A DNA stretch of 64,000 nt from Rhizodiscina lignyota (Eukaryota): contig ML978133.1 in the NCBI GenBank assembly GCA_010015805.1, positions 310,001 through 374,000 of the forward strand. The letters are read 5' to 3'. A program made the position numbers and the translations under genes. Under the pieces are notes generated by a model. That model worked only from the letters and a program-made list of their open reading frames with translations, was not told where the DNA came from and did not search any database. Shown here piece by piece: positions 1 through 14,587 of the stretch (its first letter is position 1; each line of letters begins with the position of its first letter).

Positions 1-432
1 GTGATATCTCGGCTTCCACATCATCATTATCATCCTCCAAGATCAGATCTCCGTCTTCATCGTATCGAGGTGGGTTGCGGTAGATTATGTTTCGTTCGTA
101 ACCCGCGTGGTTTATCTTCTGAGAGGATTTTAGCGCTAACAACTCAGTAACCATCCTGTCCACATACCCTGGAGTAGACGGATGGACCTGTCCCAATGTT
201 CAAGCGACCCTCCTGAACATAGCGCGCATCATGCCTCAGTTTGTTGCCGCGATTCGTTGGTCGATCGATCGGGTCTTCGCCGTCCGAGTCTGCCAATTTC
301 AGAGTTAGCATTTGCTTCAATTGAAGGGCATGGAACTTGAGGGTAGAGAAATGTCTCACCATCATTCAACCGAGCCAAAGTCCTCTTCATCTCGACAATG
401 GTGTCGACAATTCGCGCTTGTGCTGCTGCCAT
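1..432 (-). CDS. RXT2: Rxt2-like subunit of the Rpd3L histone deacetylase complex; 5' part, spliced, runs off the window start
   Basis: Spliced reading MAAAQARIVDTIVEMKRTLARLND / DSDGEDPIDRPTNRGNKLRHDARYVQEGRL / KINHAGYERNIIYRNPPRYDEDGD matches the fungal RXT2_N pattern (TNRGNKL, HAGYxRxI, NPxRYD). Confidence 0.8.
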
Positions 433-907
433 GTTGGGTGGTGGGATCGGAGAATCTGCGAATGCGAGCTATTGGTTTTGGGTGAGGGACATGAAAAGCA
501 GCGCAATAAGCGCAGTCTCGCGATGATTCAAATGGCTAAGTTCGAAAGTTGCATAAAGAGAAAGTGGGCGCGGTGATGGAGGAGAGATCTAGTCGGTCGC
601 GGAGCTCCACGTTCTTGAATCTGGAATCGCGTTAAGTGCAGGGATATTCGCGGTCCGTGCTCCACTGACGCACCGAAGTCTTGGCAGCCTTTCGGGACTT
701 GCCATATTCACCTTCCCGTGACATCGCGTCTGAAAGTCCAGCGATATAGCATAAAGACCGAGTGAGAGAAACACGAAACTACTGGAGAGGCATCTCTGTG
801 GCTAGCTGCACCCTGCCCGAAGTCCGCGTTTTCGCCGAATGTACCTACTTCAAATTCATCATGCATCGATGACCGGTCTCACCATCTGATACGTCGAAAC
901 CACGGCG

Positions 908-3900
908 ATGGACGCATATCCTGAGGAATATGTCGAGCACAACCTCCCATTCATAGTGTTGTTTGGTCTTGAACAAGAAGATGGGTTCGAGGATGATGCC
1001 TATGAAAGAGCTCTGTTGCGAACTGGTGGCTTTATCGTCAAGTCAGAACTACCTCCTGTTTCGGGAGACCAAGCGCAATCCCTCATTCGAGAGCTTCTGA
1101 AGACCGATGCAACTGGCCAGGCATGGAATGGGAGAAATGGATCGGGCCAGAGCACTAATATAGGATTCAAATTTCATCAAACGGGGAGGGTACGTTGACC
1201 TATGCTGGAAAGACTCCTTTCATTACTCATGCTCTGGACAGAAGTATGTTCTCCCTCCTCGCAAAGCCAACCCGCCTGAAAGTTCCTTTGGAGCCTCATC
1301 ACCTAGAAGTCCCAACTCGTCGCCGCCAGCATTGGTCTTACATTCTCCATTGTCTCCACTTTCTCCAGACTCCCCTATTTTCCCAGATGGGCTGATGTCC
1401 CATCTATGGCTCAAGAAGCACCAGAACTACGTGCCATCAACTTTGGTATCGTTCTTCAACTTCACATCAAACGCAAATCTCAATTCGCTGAACGACAATC
1501 AATTGAAATCGGATATCAACCAGATTAGCAGTGCGCTGCGAAGCTCAGGCTGCAAGACACGGCACGTTGTTGTTTTGGTCAGCGACAAAAGCATCGCAGC
1601 AGCTCCTGATGTTGAGGAACGGCTTGCAGGTGTCAGACGATCGACTGGGTTGGATCCCAAGAATTCATTATTCTTCTTCCCTCCAGCCACGTCCAATGTA
1701 GAAGTTGCAGCCTTTGCAAGTTCGTTGTTGTCCGCGCTCCAACCGTATTGCGTCGAGTATTATCGCGATCTCACCAAGCACTCGCGGCGAAAGAAAGCTC
1801 GCGGAACCATTCCGCCGCCAACCGCTCCACCAACGAAGGGAACGTCTCAATCACTGTCTGCACCGGGTTGGAACGTGCGCTACGAATTCAAGCTCGGTGT
1901 ATTTGCCGAATTTCGCCAGGAGATGGACGCTGCAGGCAGACACTACAACTTCGCGCTTGACGCGCTGCTGAGTGCTGATGGGATGTTTGAGACTACTGCC
2001 AGTTGGTCGCCCAGGTGGGACGAAATGCGACTGCTCGCGGATGCGACTTGCATTAGACTGATTCGGTCCTTATTATGGAACACTATGACAACGCAGGCCG
2101 TACAAACTTGGATACGATACCGTGACCGAATTAGAGAGATTGTTGACAAAAGGGGCAAGGGATCTTCGAACTATGGCTGGGAGGCGTGGGAGTCGCGTTG
2201 GGCCAGAACTATGGCCGAGCTCATTCAAAGAGCGGATCTGCTGGTATTTTCTGTGCCGTCTTCCTCCATGGAGTCTGAGACGTTATTGGAGAGGATCATC
2301 AATTATTTTGCGCCTCCTGAGAAAGCAATACCACTCGGTGAGAGGCTTCCGCCATGGCATCTGCTGCACCACGCTGGCTACTGGATGGCGCTCGCTGCGA
2401 ATCATGCCGAGCGGAGACGAGACCTGGCTGAAAATCTAGCTGAAGAGGATAGAACGCCACCAGGGCAATCACCCGCAGCTCTTGTTGCCAGCCGCCACAA
2501 TACGTACGACACTTATTTGTGTCCGGATCCCCACGAGGAGTTCCCATTTCCCAACCAGAAGGGCTTTGACCACTGCTTTGACATCGTTGAGAAACTTGAT
2601 CATTCTACAAACGAGTTTGCGATCAGGCGCCAGCAACGATTCGTGGATCAGCTGAAGCTTCGCCAAAGCAAAGAATTAATGCGCAACAATCAATTTTCGG
2701 AGGCTTTGAATATTCTAGAACCTCTATGGAGGGGAATGATGTGGCGGATAGAAAAGTGGTGGAGCCTCGCCTATGAAATAGCACTTGCGCTGCATGAGAC
2801 GGCGAAACGTCTCGATCATCGTGAACTGGCTGTGGGGACGAGTTGGGAGCTACTCAATGAAGGTATGATGAGAGTTCGAGATGTCTGATGTTTGTGCTCA
2901 CTGTGGGCGTAGTATTTCCCCCTCCACCTGAGAGCGCTCGTGATCTCTCACTCTGCTTGAGTGGTGGGCATGCGGATTCTCCATCCAAATCAAATTCCAC
3001 TCTTCATTTAAAGGAGAGTGAGATCATTTCTTTCCGTAAGGATGAATCGCATGCCATGTGGAGCATACACTGACGGTACACAGTTTCCGTCGGCTTCAAT
3101 TTTGCATCTGCAGAAGCCCACGTTGCAGATCATCTGGAATGTCAACTATCCTTGACTTCTCGAGCTCACCAGGGAACTGCGCCAATAACATTCTCTAGCG
3201 TCTCAATAAATCTCGACGGTCCAATTGAGCAAATCAACTTACATCACTCCGCCGCCGAGGCTAAGGCATCATCCTGCGTCGTCCAAGTAGATCTTCGTGA
3301 AGAACATACTTCCGGAACCAGAGGCCGTGTCAGTGGCTCTGCTGATCTGACAATGTATCCAGGCCACACGAAAGCCTTTACTTTAAGCGTTGTTTTTAGG
3401 GAATCCGGTGATGTAGCGGCGCGCCTCTCAACGTTGACAATTAACACCGGTAACTTCAACCTCACTTTTGAGGCAGATGTCCAAGCAAAGGAAGGTGTCG
3501 CGGCTTGGTGGCAAGACCGCCCGGCAGGCCTCAGACCGAAGCGGATATTGAGACAAGACCCGCATACGATCAAGATCCTACCCAAACCTCCCAAAATGGA
3601 GATTGCTATCATAGATCCAAAACAAGTCTACTTTACTGATGAAGTGGCGATATTCAAAATAGAACTAGCCAATATGGAGGAGGAGGAGACCGAAACAACC
3701 TTGGAGGTCAGGTTCCTCGACCGAGCAACAGGCCATCTGGATTTTACTTGGGGCCCGGAGCCTCACATCAAATCAGCTCAGGTCGGACCTGATGGACTTC
3801 CAATGTCTCCTACTGGCCTTCCTGGCCACCACATAGGAGATCTTGCTGCTGGAGAGCAACGAGTCGACACTGTCTCAATGAAGGCGCCTTCGATCCCAAC

Positions 3901-4828
3901 GGAATGCATACTGGAGATAAAGGCACTCTATCACTTGAAATCCGATCTCGAAACCCCAATTTCGAAGATATTCTCCGCAGACATCAACTTCCTTTCGCCA
4001 TTTGAAGCCAATTACGATCTTACCCCACAGGTCCATCCCGATCAATGGCCGAGTTACTTCTTAGTTGATGAGATGGAAGGCCGAGATTTTGATGATAATG
4101 ATGCAGCCGACCACGCGTGCGGCCTGTCGCAGAGATGGTGCTTAACAGCCCGTGTGGCATCGTTCGCCGAGGAGCCTCTCATCATCCAAGACGCCGACGT
4201 ATTTTTGCACTCTCCTCACGGAAGCATAAAGTGTGACATCACGAAGTACCGACATCAGGCCGAATCGAGTAACGAGATAGCGCCGCAGGAAATGCATGAG
4301 CGCAAATTCACCATGGATATTCAGAAGATTAGCTTGGAGGACCGGCGCTCTTCAGCTCTTGAAATGAGCCTTCAGATATCGTGGCGGCGTGCGAGTGCCG
4401 CACATGCGCAAGACAAGCTCATCACAAGCACTCTTGCAGTCCCGCGACTTGTCATTCCGAACAGCGAGCCGCGTGTCCTGTTCTCAGCTCGAGCGTCGCC
4501 AGTAGTTCCGAGCCTCATGCTTCTGGACTATACGCTGGAGAATCCGACGAATCATTTTCTCACATTCGACCTGACAATGGAGGCAAATGAAGAGTTTGCA
4601 CTCAGCGGACCGAAGCTGAAAAGCTGCAACATTCTACCCATGAGCAGGCAGGTTGTGTCCTTCAACGTGCTGCCACTGGTCAAAGGACAGTGGATCACCC
4701 CTCAGTTGAGAGTTGTAGATCGGTACTTCAACAAGACTTTGAAGGTGCTTGGGACCGAAGGAATGAAGGTTGATAAGAAGGGAATTAGCCTGTGGATTGA
4801 TGCCGAAGATGGAGATGATGAGACATAG
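908..4828 (+). CDS. TRAPPC11: TRAPP complex subunit 11 (foie gras / gryzun-domain protein), multi-exon
   Basis: ORFs 908-1198, 1332-2888, 2888-3073 and 3152-4828 join via GT-AG introns. Motifs MDAYPEEYVEHNLP, YYRDLTKHSRRKK, GWNVRYEFKLGVFAEFRQEMDAA and C-terminal LDYTLENPT..LTFDLTME are typical of fungal TRAPPC11. Confidence 0.88.
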
Positions 4829-5032
4829 TGGAATTGCTTCAGGAAGGAGAGATACGATCAATGTTAGAGAATCATTCATGGGTCCTGCATCCAAAAGCCA
4901 AATGATGCAAGGCCATTCCACAGGGTTCGCTTTCTGCATGTGATTGCCCTACTCGCCTGCCATCTCCTTCTAGTACCTGAACGATATGGCACATACACCT
5001 GACCTGTAGCGCGATTTGGATGTTTGCTGAAA

Positions 5033-5298
5033 CTCTTTAAGCAGCGCATTGCAACTTCACCGAATTTACATATATACAGCAACGAGTGGGATAAGAGCAA
5101 GCATGAGCTCGTAACCTTCCCTAATTTGTCTCGGAACTTTAAATCTGCAAAGGCTGCAGGAATTCCTGCAGCCTTGCTGAACTTGCAGCTGTCAGGATCT
5201 CTCGCTAGACGAGTCATGTTCAGATGCACTCACATTAAACTTTGTGACAAGCTCCTTCTATTGAGATGCGTTTGAAGACATGCAATGCCTTTAAAGCT
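5033..5298. repeat. Degenerate long inverted repeat centred on a perfect 26-bp palindrome (5150-5175)
   Basis: AAGGCTGCAGGAATTCCTGCAGCCTT is self-complementary. Outer blocks pair roughly symmetrically: gcatgagctcgt (~5101) with acgagtcatgt (~5208), and ctttaa..gcattgca..cttca (~5035-5059) with tgaag..tgcaatgc..tttaaag (~5273-5297). Confidence 0.55.
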
Positions 5299-7957
5299 GC
5301 CCTGATGATATTGCAGACGCGCGGAAGGGAATCAACTACGACCAGAGTCGTTTGTATCGAGATCTTCATGACCTGATGAGCATAATTGGTCAGGTTCCTG
5401 CTCTTACGCCGGAATCACAGACGGAAGCATCGAAGCGTCGAATTCACCGTAGGCGAGCGTTCTAGCGCGTCAATGGCACGTGGGTGAATGAGTCTTGTCT
5501 TCAGAGTGAAACAGAGACTCAGTGCAGCAATGAGATCGTCCGAAGTAGCGAAATGAGGTGCAGGATGTGCTATTGTGTATCTTCATTGGAGAGTCTAGGA
5601 ATTGCCACTTTCGCGACTCATATTAAGCATTGCTCCAGTTGATAGCGACGTCTCTGCTTCCTTCAAGACGAGTGGTCCCTTTCCCAACCTCCAGCTCGAA
5701 ACTGACACGAGTGACGATGGTGGGTGAACCCTTAACCCACGCGGCACCTTAGGGCCTGAGAGTCGAGACAAGCTGGAACTCGGAAAGGAGGTTTTCAGCG
5801 GGTGTGGCTCATGCCTTGCTGCTTCCGATTGGCTGCGGGTAATGAAACATCTCCTTTTCGGCTTTCTCTTCCGCGTCAAGCAGATCAAGCATCTGGCTCT
5901 GCCGTCGTCCATTCCATCCATGGCAGCTCGCTCCGCATTGCGACATGTTCGAAAGTCAGACCAGAGCACGGTGTAGGATATGTATGGCCACTTCGCGGCA
6001 CCTACGCATCTCTCTTGTCCTCTAGCTTTCTCTATAGTCGACCCTCCCGGCCTGTGGGACCTGCGGTTGGTCTCCGGTGGGAGTTCGTCACAGACATGGG
6101 TGGTTCTCCTTCTGGCACCTGTCACAGTGAGGTGGATTGCTAATGCGCGTTCCTGGAGGTGCGAGCTGCAGCTCTTTTTGGCAATGGTGAGCTCGAGGGC
6201 GCGTAGTGAAGAAGATCCTGGCGCTCAATCTGCGGGTCGCGTCGATCGCCTATCTGGTTGTTCTACGGCTGAATTTATTGTCTATTGTCAATCTGGACCT
6301 GAAGAAGCTCTCCGTGTAGCGATGCATGTTGGCAGCCTCGGCCCTCACGTTTCTTGGTACCGAGCGGGCAACGGCTTGGGGCACTTCACGATTTATGGCT
6401 TCGCCTTTCGCCGGACCTTAGAGCGGCGCGAGAAGGCAATTTAACAACCTTACTCCCACGTGTGAATGGGGCTATCAGTTCTCCATCAGTCCCAAGCGTT
6501 TAGTGCCGTTCTTCGTCAGTGATCGTGAAACATAGCGCCGTTGCCGGCGAAGGCGACATAGCAACGAAAGAACGTTCGCAGTCCATGGGATGTATGTTCT
6601 GAAGAGACTTTTTGCCTCAAGCGGACGTGTCTCGACTTGCTTCGGGTCAGTGTGTCGTTCCTCCGGACGATTATACTTTCGCAATGGCTGACGACGACAA
6701 TACTGGGCCATTTAGAAACGACCAGCCCAGAGTATCGCTCAGAAGAGTCTCAAGGCTTGCGGCTTGCGGCTAGCAACCAGATGGTGCCGAATCTGGGTCC
6801 GAGGAGGCAAGAAATTCTACGGGAAGGGAAGGAGGGCGCCGTCCATTTTGTATCATTGGTTGTCTTCGGGCGACGGCAGAATTCCAAGATTAGCATCGGT
6901 GGCTTGCTGAAGAAAGAAAACCTCCGCATGCCCTATCGCTGTCTGGATTGCCAAAAGTGAGATGCAGCGCAGTAATGGTGCGTGGTGGAGATGATGTGTT
7001 AAATGCAAGCTGCAGGAATCGGGGTATATGGGAGCGCGACGAGTGGGCGGCGGCATAGAAAGGAGAGCGCTCGCCCAGTCCCTGGGTCGAAGATGGGTGT
7101 ACACGTATGCTATCATGCTCTGTAGGTAAGTAGCTGTACTACGTGAGCGAGTGTAACGATCTCGCTGCCGTGCGCGCAGAGTCTCGAGCACGGCAGCAGC
7201 CACTGCCTTATCTTGCACGACGGGTGAAGCGCATCTCGAACATCGCGCGGAGGCCTCAGGTTGACTCTTTTTTTCGGCGCTCACGGTCCCCTGTCTGGCA
7301 TCCCTCGCCCTGCATGTGGGTTGACGAGGGCTTGGGGGGAGCCTGTGCAGTGGGAGAGCCCCTGAATGGCAAAGTCAGTCTAAAAGCACGAGGCCCGCCA
7401 AACCGCGCCGCGCTGTGCAGTGAGTGGCTGATCCTGCCGGCCACTCAGTTCTTCTAAAGGAGGCCTCCCGATACTACTACTCTGACACGCCTTTTCCTGC
7501 TCGCACCTCTGCCCACGCGTTGCCGGGCATCCCTGAGTTGCAGAGGCAGCACATCCATCACTGCAAAATTCCTCTTTTAATCCCGCCAACTCCCCGTTTC
7601 GACGCGCGCTGACACCGCACAACACTGTCCCCTCGAAATCAACAAACATCGCTGCCTCGAGCAACCGCGGCAGCGTCGCGTCCGTATCTCGCGCAACTCA
7701 CCTCCAACGACCTCTCTGAATGAACCTCCAATCACACCCGCCCTCTCCAACCCACATTCCCCGAACAAGCCGCACCCACATCTGAGACCGCCCGGACCCC
7801 CGGATTGAGCGAAACGTACGTCGCACATTGTCCGCAAGGGCGCCGGAAGGCCGAAGTCCCAGCAGATCGGGAGTAGACGGTTGCACAGCAGCTTCTGTCT
7901 ATCCGATCTCTTATCACGTCCGCATTGTCGGACGTTGAGTGAAGAGGGGAGCGAAAA

Positions 7958-10900
7958 ATGGCCTCGTCGCCTCCCGGCTCACCTGCCCCCCCGGCGGCAC
8001 AGCGACCTATGAGCGCGATGATCAGGCCGAATAGAAGTTCGAGTCGCATGAGTGTGAGCAGCAAGCAGGGTGGAGGAAGCAGAGCGTCTGATGAAGATGG
8101 GAAGACTGCAGTCAAAGTCGGTACGTGAAAGAGCCTCTCGCGGAAGGCGCGTTCCAAGACATGCATCGCCGTTGTTGGCTGACAATATTTGTGAACTTAT
8201 AGCCGTTCGTGTGCGACCTCCATTGAAATCCACAGACCCTGGATACGATCTCATTCCACAGCGCTTCCGCGGCTCCACATGTTCAGTGACCACTCAAACA
8301 GGTTTAGCTGTTGAATCTGGTCAGGGAAGGAAGCTATTCGTCTTCGACCGCGTATTCGGTGAAGATGTGGATCAGGAAGGAGTATGGGACTACCTGAAAG
8401 AGTCTGTCAACTCCTTTGTGGAAGGCTACAATGTCTCAATTTTGGCGTATGGCCAATCCGGCGCGGGTAAATCATATACGATGGGCACAACAGGCCCGGC
8501 AGAACAAGCAGACCCAGTCTTAATGGGTAAGTCAAATTACCCATGTGGAGTGACTTTGAGAATCTTTTGACCAACTCAACTGGCAGGCGTGGTTCCTCGT
8601 GCTGCATCCGCTCTCTTCGAGAAGCTTACCGGAAGTTCAAATCGCATGTCTTCGTCTGGTCTCAAATCGCCAAAGCGGTACTCAACTCTGGGCTTCCAGA
8701 ATCTCGCTCAACCTCAGCCCGTAAATAATGCCAACAGAAATTGGCAGATGCGGGCGACTTACGTCGAGGTATGACCCACTTACTCCAGTAGGGATTCGTG
8801 GTACGTTTTACTCACATTGCCTAGATCTATCAAGAGCAGCTCCGGGACTTGCTGATATCAGAAACTACGCCAATGAGCGAACGGCCACAAATCGCAATCC
8901 GAGAAGATACAAAGGGAAGGATCCTCTTGACTGGCCTCCAACAAGTGACTATTAATTCCGTGGAGGACCTCCTTAATGCTCTTAACTTTGGCTCCTCCAT
9001 TCGCCAGACCGACGCGACCGCTGTCAATGCTCGCTCATCTCGTTCACACGCCGTCTTCTCCCTCAACCTCATCCAAAAGCGCACAAAGGTCACGTCATTG
9101 CAAGACAAGCGCCGCTCAGTGCCGCTTGAGGCGATGTCTGGAGACTCTTGGGTGACTGTGGATAGCAAACTCCACTTTGTCGACTTGGCCGGAAGTGAAC
9201 GATTGAAGAATACTCAGGCTTTTGGGGAGCGAGCAAAGGAAGGTATTTCGATCAATGCTGGCCTTGCTAGCTTGGGCAAGGTCATTTCCCAGCTGTCTTC
9301 TCGGCATCCTGGATCACACGTCTCATATCGCGATTCTCGACTCACCCGCCTACTTCAAGATTCTCTCGGTGGTAATGCCATCACATACATGGTGGCTTGT
9401 GTCAACCCTGCCGAATTCCACCTGAGCGAAACTCTCAACACCGTCCAATATGCGCAACGAGCTCGTGCGATACAAAGCAAACCACAAATTCAGCAAACGT
9501 CTGATGACGGTGACAAGCAGGCCGTAATTGAGCGGCTTCGCGCAGAAGTCTCTTTCCTGCGTGATCAGATTCGGCTCTCTGAGAAGACGGCCCGCAAGGA
9601 TGGCGATCCTCAAGAATTCAACGAACGCTCACACGAGCGCGAAATGGAGCTTCAGAACCAGCTTCTTGATATCCAGGAAAATTATCGTGCCTTAAGCCAG
9701 AGACACGCGAAGCTCATCTCTGAGATCACCAAAGCGAGAGATGGCGATACTGAGGACTCTGCCAATCTCAAGGAGGCCATTGGCGAAAGTGCGGTAGATC
9801 GTCTGAAGCGCTCAACATCCTTTGGTGAAGCCGTCGAACATGTCGTTCTCGAGTACGAAAAAACCATCCAAACTCTAGAGTCATCGCTATCTAGCACTCG
9901 TTCGACTTTGTCCAACAGTGAAAGCAGCTTGTTGGAGAAAGAGACAAAGCTCGCGTACATGGAGACTGTTCAGGCGCAGCTCCAGGCGCGCATTCAAAAG
10001 GCTATGGATCGAGAAGCAAATGACGAGAACTACCTTCGAGACCTGGAAAGCCGTGTCGTTGGCGCGACAACTGGTGAGGAGAAGAGCAACGCCGCCATTC
10101 AGAGCCTGCGCAAGGAGCTGAGCAGAGCTCGAGAGAACGAAGCTAGTTGCGAAGAGTACATCTCAACATTAGAAGAGCGCCTTGCAGAGGCAGAGCAGGA
10201 CCATGAGATGATGCAGCGTGAAATCCAGCGACTAGAGCACGTCGTTGAGAGACAGCGAAGCATTGGCAAACTTGACAATCTCCTGTACGAGCTCGACAAC
10301 ATCCGACGGACCGACTCCAGAGCAGAAGCGCATCCTACTGTCAATGGACATTCGAAGAAGGACAGTGACACTTTCCACTCCATCGCCGAATCAGACCAAG
10401 AGGGCATGGAGGAGGGCCAAGCGCCTGAAGTACAAGAGCCTATCCATGAAGTCCCTAGCGAGGCGGAAGCTGCTGTCGAGGAAGAGACTGTCGAAGCCGC
10501 CGCTGACGTCCCAGAGGATAATCTACGAGTCGGGCGAGGCAACGATAGTGTTGACCTGCCTCAGAGCCCTGCTCAATCTCGCTTTGTTGCCGACAAGCTC
10601 GAGTCCGTGACGCAGGAACTTTTTGACCTGCGCATGGAGCACGAAACCACAGTCACCGACTTCGACGAGCTCCAGAGGAAGTACGAAGTTGCGCTGAGCA
10701 CGCTGGCAGAGATGCAGGATGCAGTGGAGGAGGCGCGCCATACGGCGCGTCCATCGTCTTTTTTAGCGGACGCGGGGGTGAATGGGCACACAGAAGAGGA
10801 TGGACAACCTTCATCCTCGCGTACCTTGTCTTCGGAATTATCTTCGCATGGAGAATCGACGGATACTATGGGCAACGCGACACCGACGGTAGATGAAAGC

Positions 10901-13541
10901 GTCACCACGGCAGATGACAGCGTCACCGAGGCCGGCGCCGAGAAGGAGGCAGATGCAGAGAAGGAGGCACCAGCAGCAGCAGAAGAAGATGCGGAGAAGA
11001 AGGCACCGGTAGCAGCAGAACACGATGCTGTCGATGCTGTCGATGCCGTCCTTGCGGAGGAAATGGAGAAGCTGAAGAGGGCTAACTCTGAGAAAGAGGA
11101 GACGATGACTGAGTTGAGCAAGCAGTATGTCCACTTGCAGGAGCAGCATCAGGACATATTGGACTATGTGGAGGAGCTCAAGGCGGAAGTGCAGAGGGCA
11201 TCGTTGAGGCCTTCTTCGCCATCGAGCATGCTTAGGCGTAAGTCCAGTCAAGTGATGCCTTCAGAGCGTGCAAACCGATCTGTCACAACGTTACGCTCCC
11301 TAGCCACAGAGACGTTCGAGAGCGAGCCGGACAAGATGCAAAACTTCGAGACGAACCTCACTTCCGTCGTACATGAATTGCAGAACCGCTCCGAACGCGT
11401 CGGTCTCTTGGAAGCGGAGCTTGTAGCAGCGCGCAAGGAGATGGAATCGAAGATGCAAATCATCTCTGGTTTGACGAGGGAGCGATCCAGCTTGAAGTCT
11501 TCAACACCACTCGACATTTCCGTTGTTGCGCAGATGCAAGATCAACTCAGCCAGAGCGAGCAGCAGATCCGCACATTGCACGAGGCTCACAACGCTCGCG
11601 AACTAGAGCTGCAAGACCAGATCGAAAAACTCAAGTCGGCAATCAGCGCTGCGGCTACGGCTACTCCTGCCCAGACGCCTGGTCCCGATGCTGTTCCTGG
11701 GGGCTTCCCAGCTACTCCTGCTCTGGAAATGCAACGTGAACTGGCACCACCAGCTGGTGAAGGCCAGCAGCAGAAGATCGTCGAATTGCAACGTGAGGTT
11801 GAAGAGTGGAAGTCAAAACACAACGTGTCCATGGAGTCGATGAAGTCATCCGAAGATCAACTCCTTAATACAATCAGCCAGCTCGAGACGGCGCTCAAGA
11901 ATGCGGAGAAATCGCGTGTGGACTCGCCAACAACTCCTGAAGTGACTGAAGGTGCAGCTGCCGTGGTTGAAGGAGATGCGTCTGTTGACCCGACCCATCG
12001 CGAAGTCATCTCACAGCTACGTGAGAAGGTCGAAGAGTATAAGAATAGCGCAACCGAAAACGCCTCGAGGCTGGCCGAGCTTGACAAGTCGTACCAGAAT
12101 ATACTCCAGCAAGTCGAAGAGGATGCTCGCGCAAGGGAGCTCACAGAGAAGGAGTTGGAGACGCATCGCAATCTGGTCTCGAACCTGGAGGGCCAGCTGG
12201 AGGAGCACAAGTCTGCAATGACCGCTTACCAAGATGGTCTAAAGTCGATCCAGGATGGCCACGCAAAGGAGATTGATGAGCTCAACTTGAAGGCTCAGAC
12301 TGAGGCTAATGAGAAGCTCGCCCAGCAGATGGAGGAGCACCAGAAGGCTCTTGCTTCGGTCAAAGAAGAGCTTGCAAAGGCACAGAGCGATCACCAGAAG
12401 TCGACCAGCAACTTGCAGGCTGAGCTCAAGAAGGCCCAGAACCAGTTGCTGCATCTCGTCGACAGCATTGCCGTCGCAATGAACCAGGAGAGCGATTCTA
12501 CGAAGATCGAGTCGCATGTACGCCAATTGGCAAACGAGCGCAAGAACCTAATTTCCCAGCACGAATCCGTTTCTGCAGAGCTCGCCGCACTGAGGAAGTC
12601 CTTTGAATCTTCCCAAAAGAATGTTGACTCGCTAGAGTCGAAACTTAGCGAGCTCAAGAAGATTAATGAGGAGACAGTTGGCGAGATTCAGCGTATTAGC
12701 GAAAAGGAACAGAAGAGCTCTCGCCTCGTCGAAGAGCTGGAGGAGCAGCTGAGCTCCAATTATGACCAGCATCAGGCTGCAAATCACAGGCTGTCCGCGT
12801 TGCAGACGGAGCGCCAAGTCAACCTTGAAGAAGCGATGCACGCAAGGAGTGGAATTGAGAAGGAGTTGGAGGAGTCAAAAGCACTGATTGCTTCGCTTCA
12901 GGTACGTTCCATTTCATTATTGTGTTTGGACGGCGGAATTCTAACAGGTAAACTAGATTCAATTGAGTGAGAAGCGTGGTTCACAGCGCGTGTCGGGAGA
13001 GGCTCGCGATGTCAATCTCGACCGCTCCAATTCCTCATCAGGAGACCCCAACCTCAGAAAGAGCACCTCTCACGGATCCTTACCTTCTCCACCTCCCGCC
13101 ATTCCTCTACCACCGCTACCGGGCAGCCCACCAAGTGCCCCCGCTCCTTCGCCGCCCACTTCTCGTCACACAAGCAAAGATATTGCACAAGCACAGCTCG
13201 TCGAGGACCAAGAGGCTCGTATTCGCACAATCGAGAAGCACCTCTTCGCAGAGAAGCAGCTTACTGCCACTCTTGAGGAGGCTCTCACCGATCTTGAAGC
13301 GTCGAGCACCAAGCTCAAGTCCGAGATGGATGGTTGGCGCCGGAAGTGTGTTACCCTAGAAGAGGAGCTCAGTGGTCTCAAGAAGGAGAGGAACACGGCT
13401 CGGTTGTCGGTGCAGCAGCTCGAGGAAGAGCGCAATGCGCGTGCACGTGTGGAAGCGGAGCGCGCGAACCTCGAGGCTCGCATGGCTCAGCTGAGCGCGG
13501 CGACGAGGAAGAAGAAGAAGAGCAGCATCAACTGCTTCTAA
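7958..13541 (+). CDS. Kinesin-4/KIF21-like motor protein with a long coiled-coil tail, multi-exon
   Basis: ATG at 7958 (MASSPPGSP...KTAVKV), then VRVRPPL, P-loop AYGQSGAGKSYTMG, NARSSRSHAVF, LHFVDLAGSER and HVSYRDSRLTRLLQDSLGGN. About 1200 aa of heptad-rich tail ends KKKSSINCF. Confidence 0.93.
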
Positions 13542-14587
13542 TGAAGATCAACGGACGGACTTTTCACTTCACTCCCCTTCTCTTGCTAATTGCTTGAGAT
13601 CGCCCCCGAAACGGCTTTCTCGTTCTTTGCACTTGGATTTTTCTTGCTTTCGAGCTACATACCCCTGACAGCAAAATGACAGTTTCTCTTTATCACCGGC
13701 GCGTACAGACAGACACAGGTCGTTCTTTTCCACGTCTCCTTTCAAAGACCGTTTTATGGCGTCGGGTGCAGTTTACAGATTGAGGCCATTTGGCTGAGCG
13801 ACGTTCGAGCCTGGTCCACTCACTTGTATCTATAGCTCTTTCTGGCGGATACTTTCACTTTGCCTGGACACACGCTTCGTCTACTCGAGCTGATGGCGTG
13901 GGTGGATGTTTAATGGCCTTCCGCAAGGCCGCAAAAGATTGTCGATATTTCCCTTTGATGGTTTGGACTCTTTGATTTTCGAATTTCTCACGATTGAACG
14001 GAATGGGAAAGGGAAAGAACAGCGGCGATGGATTAATGGCGACAAGCTTTTTCTCATCTCAGATGGGCTCCCCAGTTTTAGTCGTCTTTGAAGATGTATG
14101 ATAAACATAATCCGAACCAATGCAATCACTTGGCCAGAATTCATACTTCCGTCTAATAAGTGTTTGCTAAGTTATCGAAGTGGGCCGCCCAGCAACCTTG
14201 GTTGGTGGCCCTGGTGACTGTCGTCGTTAAATTGGACAATATTGATACTGCCGCAACGAATAAAGTATACCAGCGGTTGAGTGTATTTCTATGCATTTTA
14301 CACTGGAAATAGGATTGAGGTGGCTTCTGCCTCTGGTGCACCCGTTGATGTGGGGCAGGTCAAGGGAAAGAAATGCCTCTTCAACCTTGACGAAATAGTA
14401 TTATTACTCTTGCGCTCAAATTCTAGAATATGTATTGAGAACATTTAAACATCACATGCACTACATATTCACGTGGCTTAATTCAACAGTTCCGGGTCAA
14501 CGCTTCAATCACTGCCGAACTGTGAAACTTGGATCTCACACGACAGCTCCGACGCCGCAACTCCAATTACCTTCTGCATATACCACC

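Noticed and set aside
5400..7900. Several 100-180 aa ORFs upstream of the kinesin
   Set aside because: They overlap on both strands with no recognisable motifs or consistent splice structure; treated as intergenic or 5' regulatory sequence.
10930..11050. Repeats in the kinesin tail (DAEKEAPAAAE / DAVDAV)
   Set aside because: Ordinary low-complexity expansion in a disordered linker.
9116..12841. Many antisense ORFs over the kinesin gene
   Set aside because: Shadow frames of a long coiled-coil CDS.
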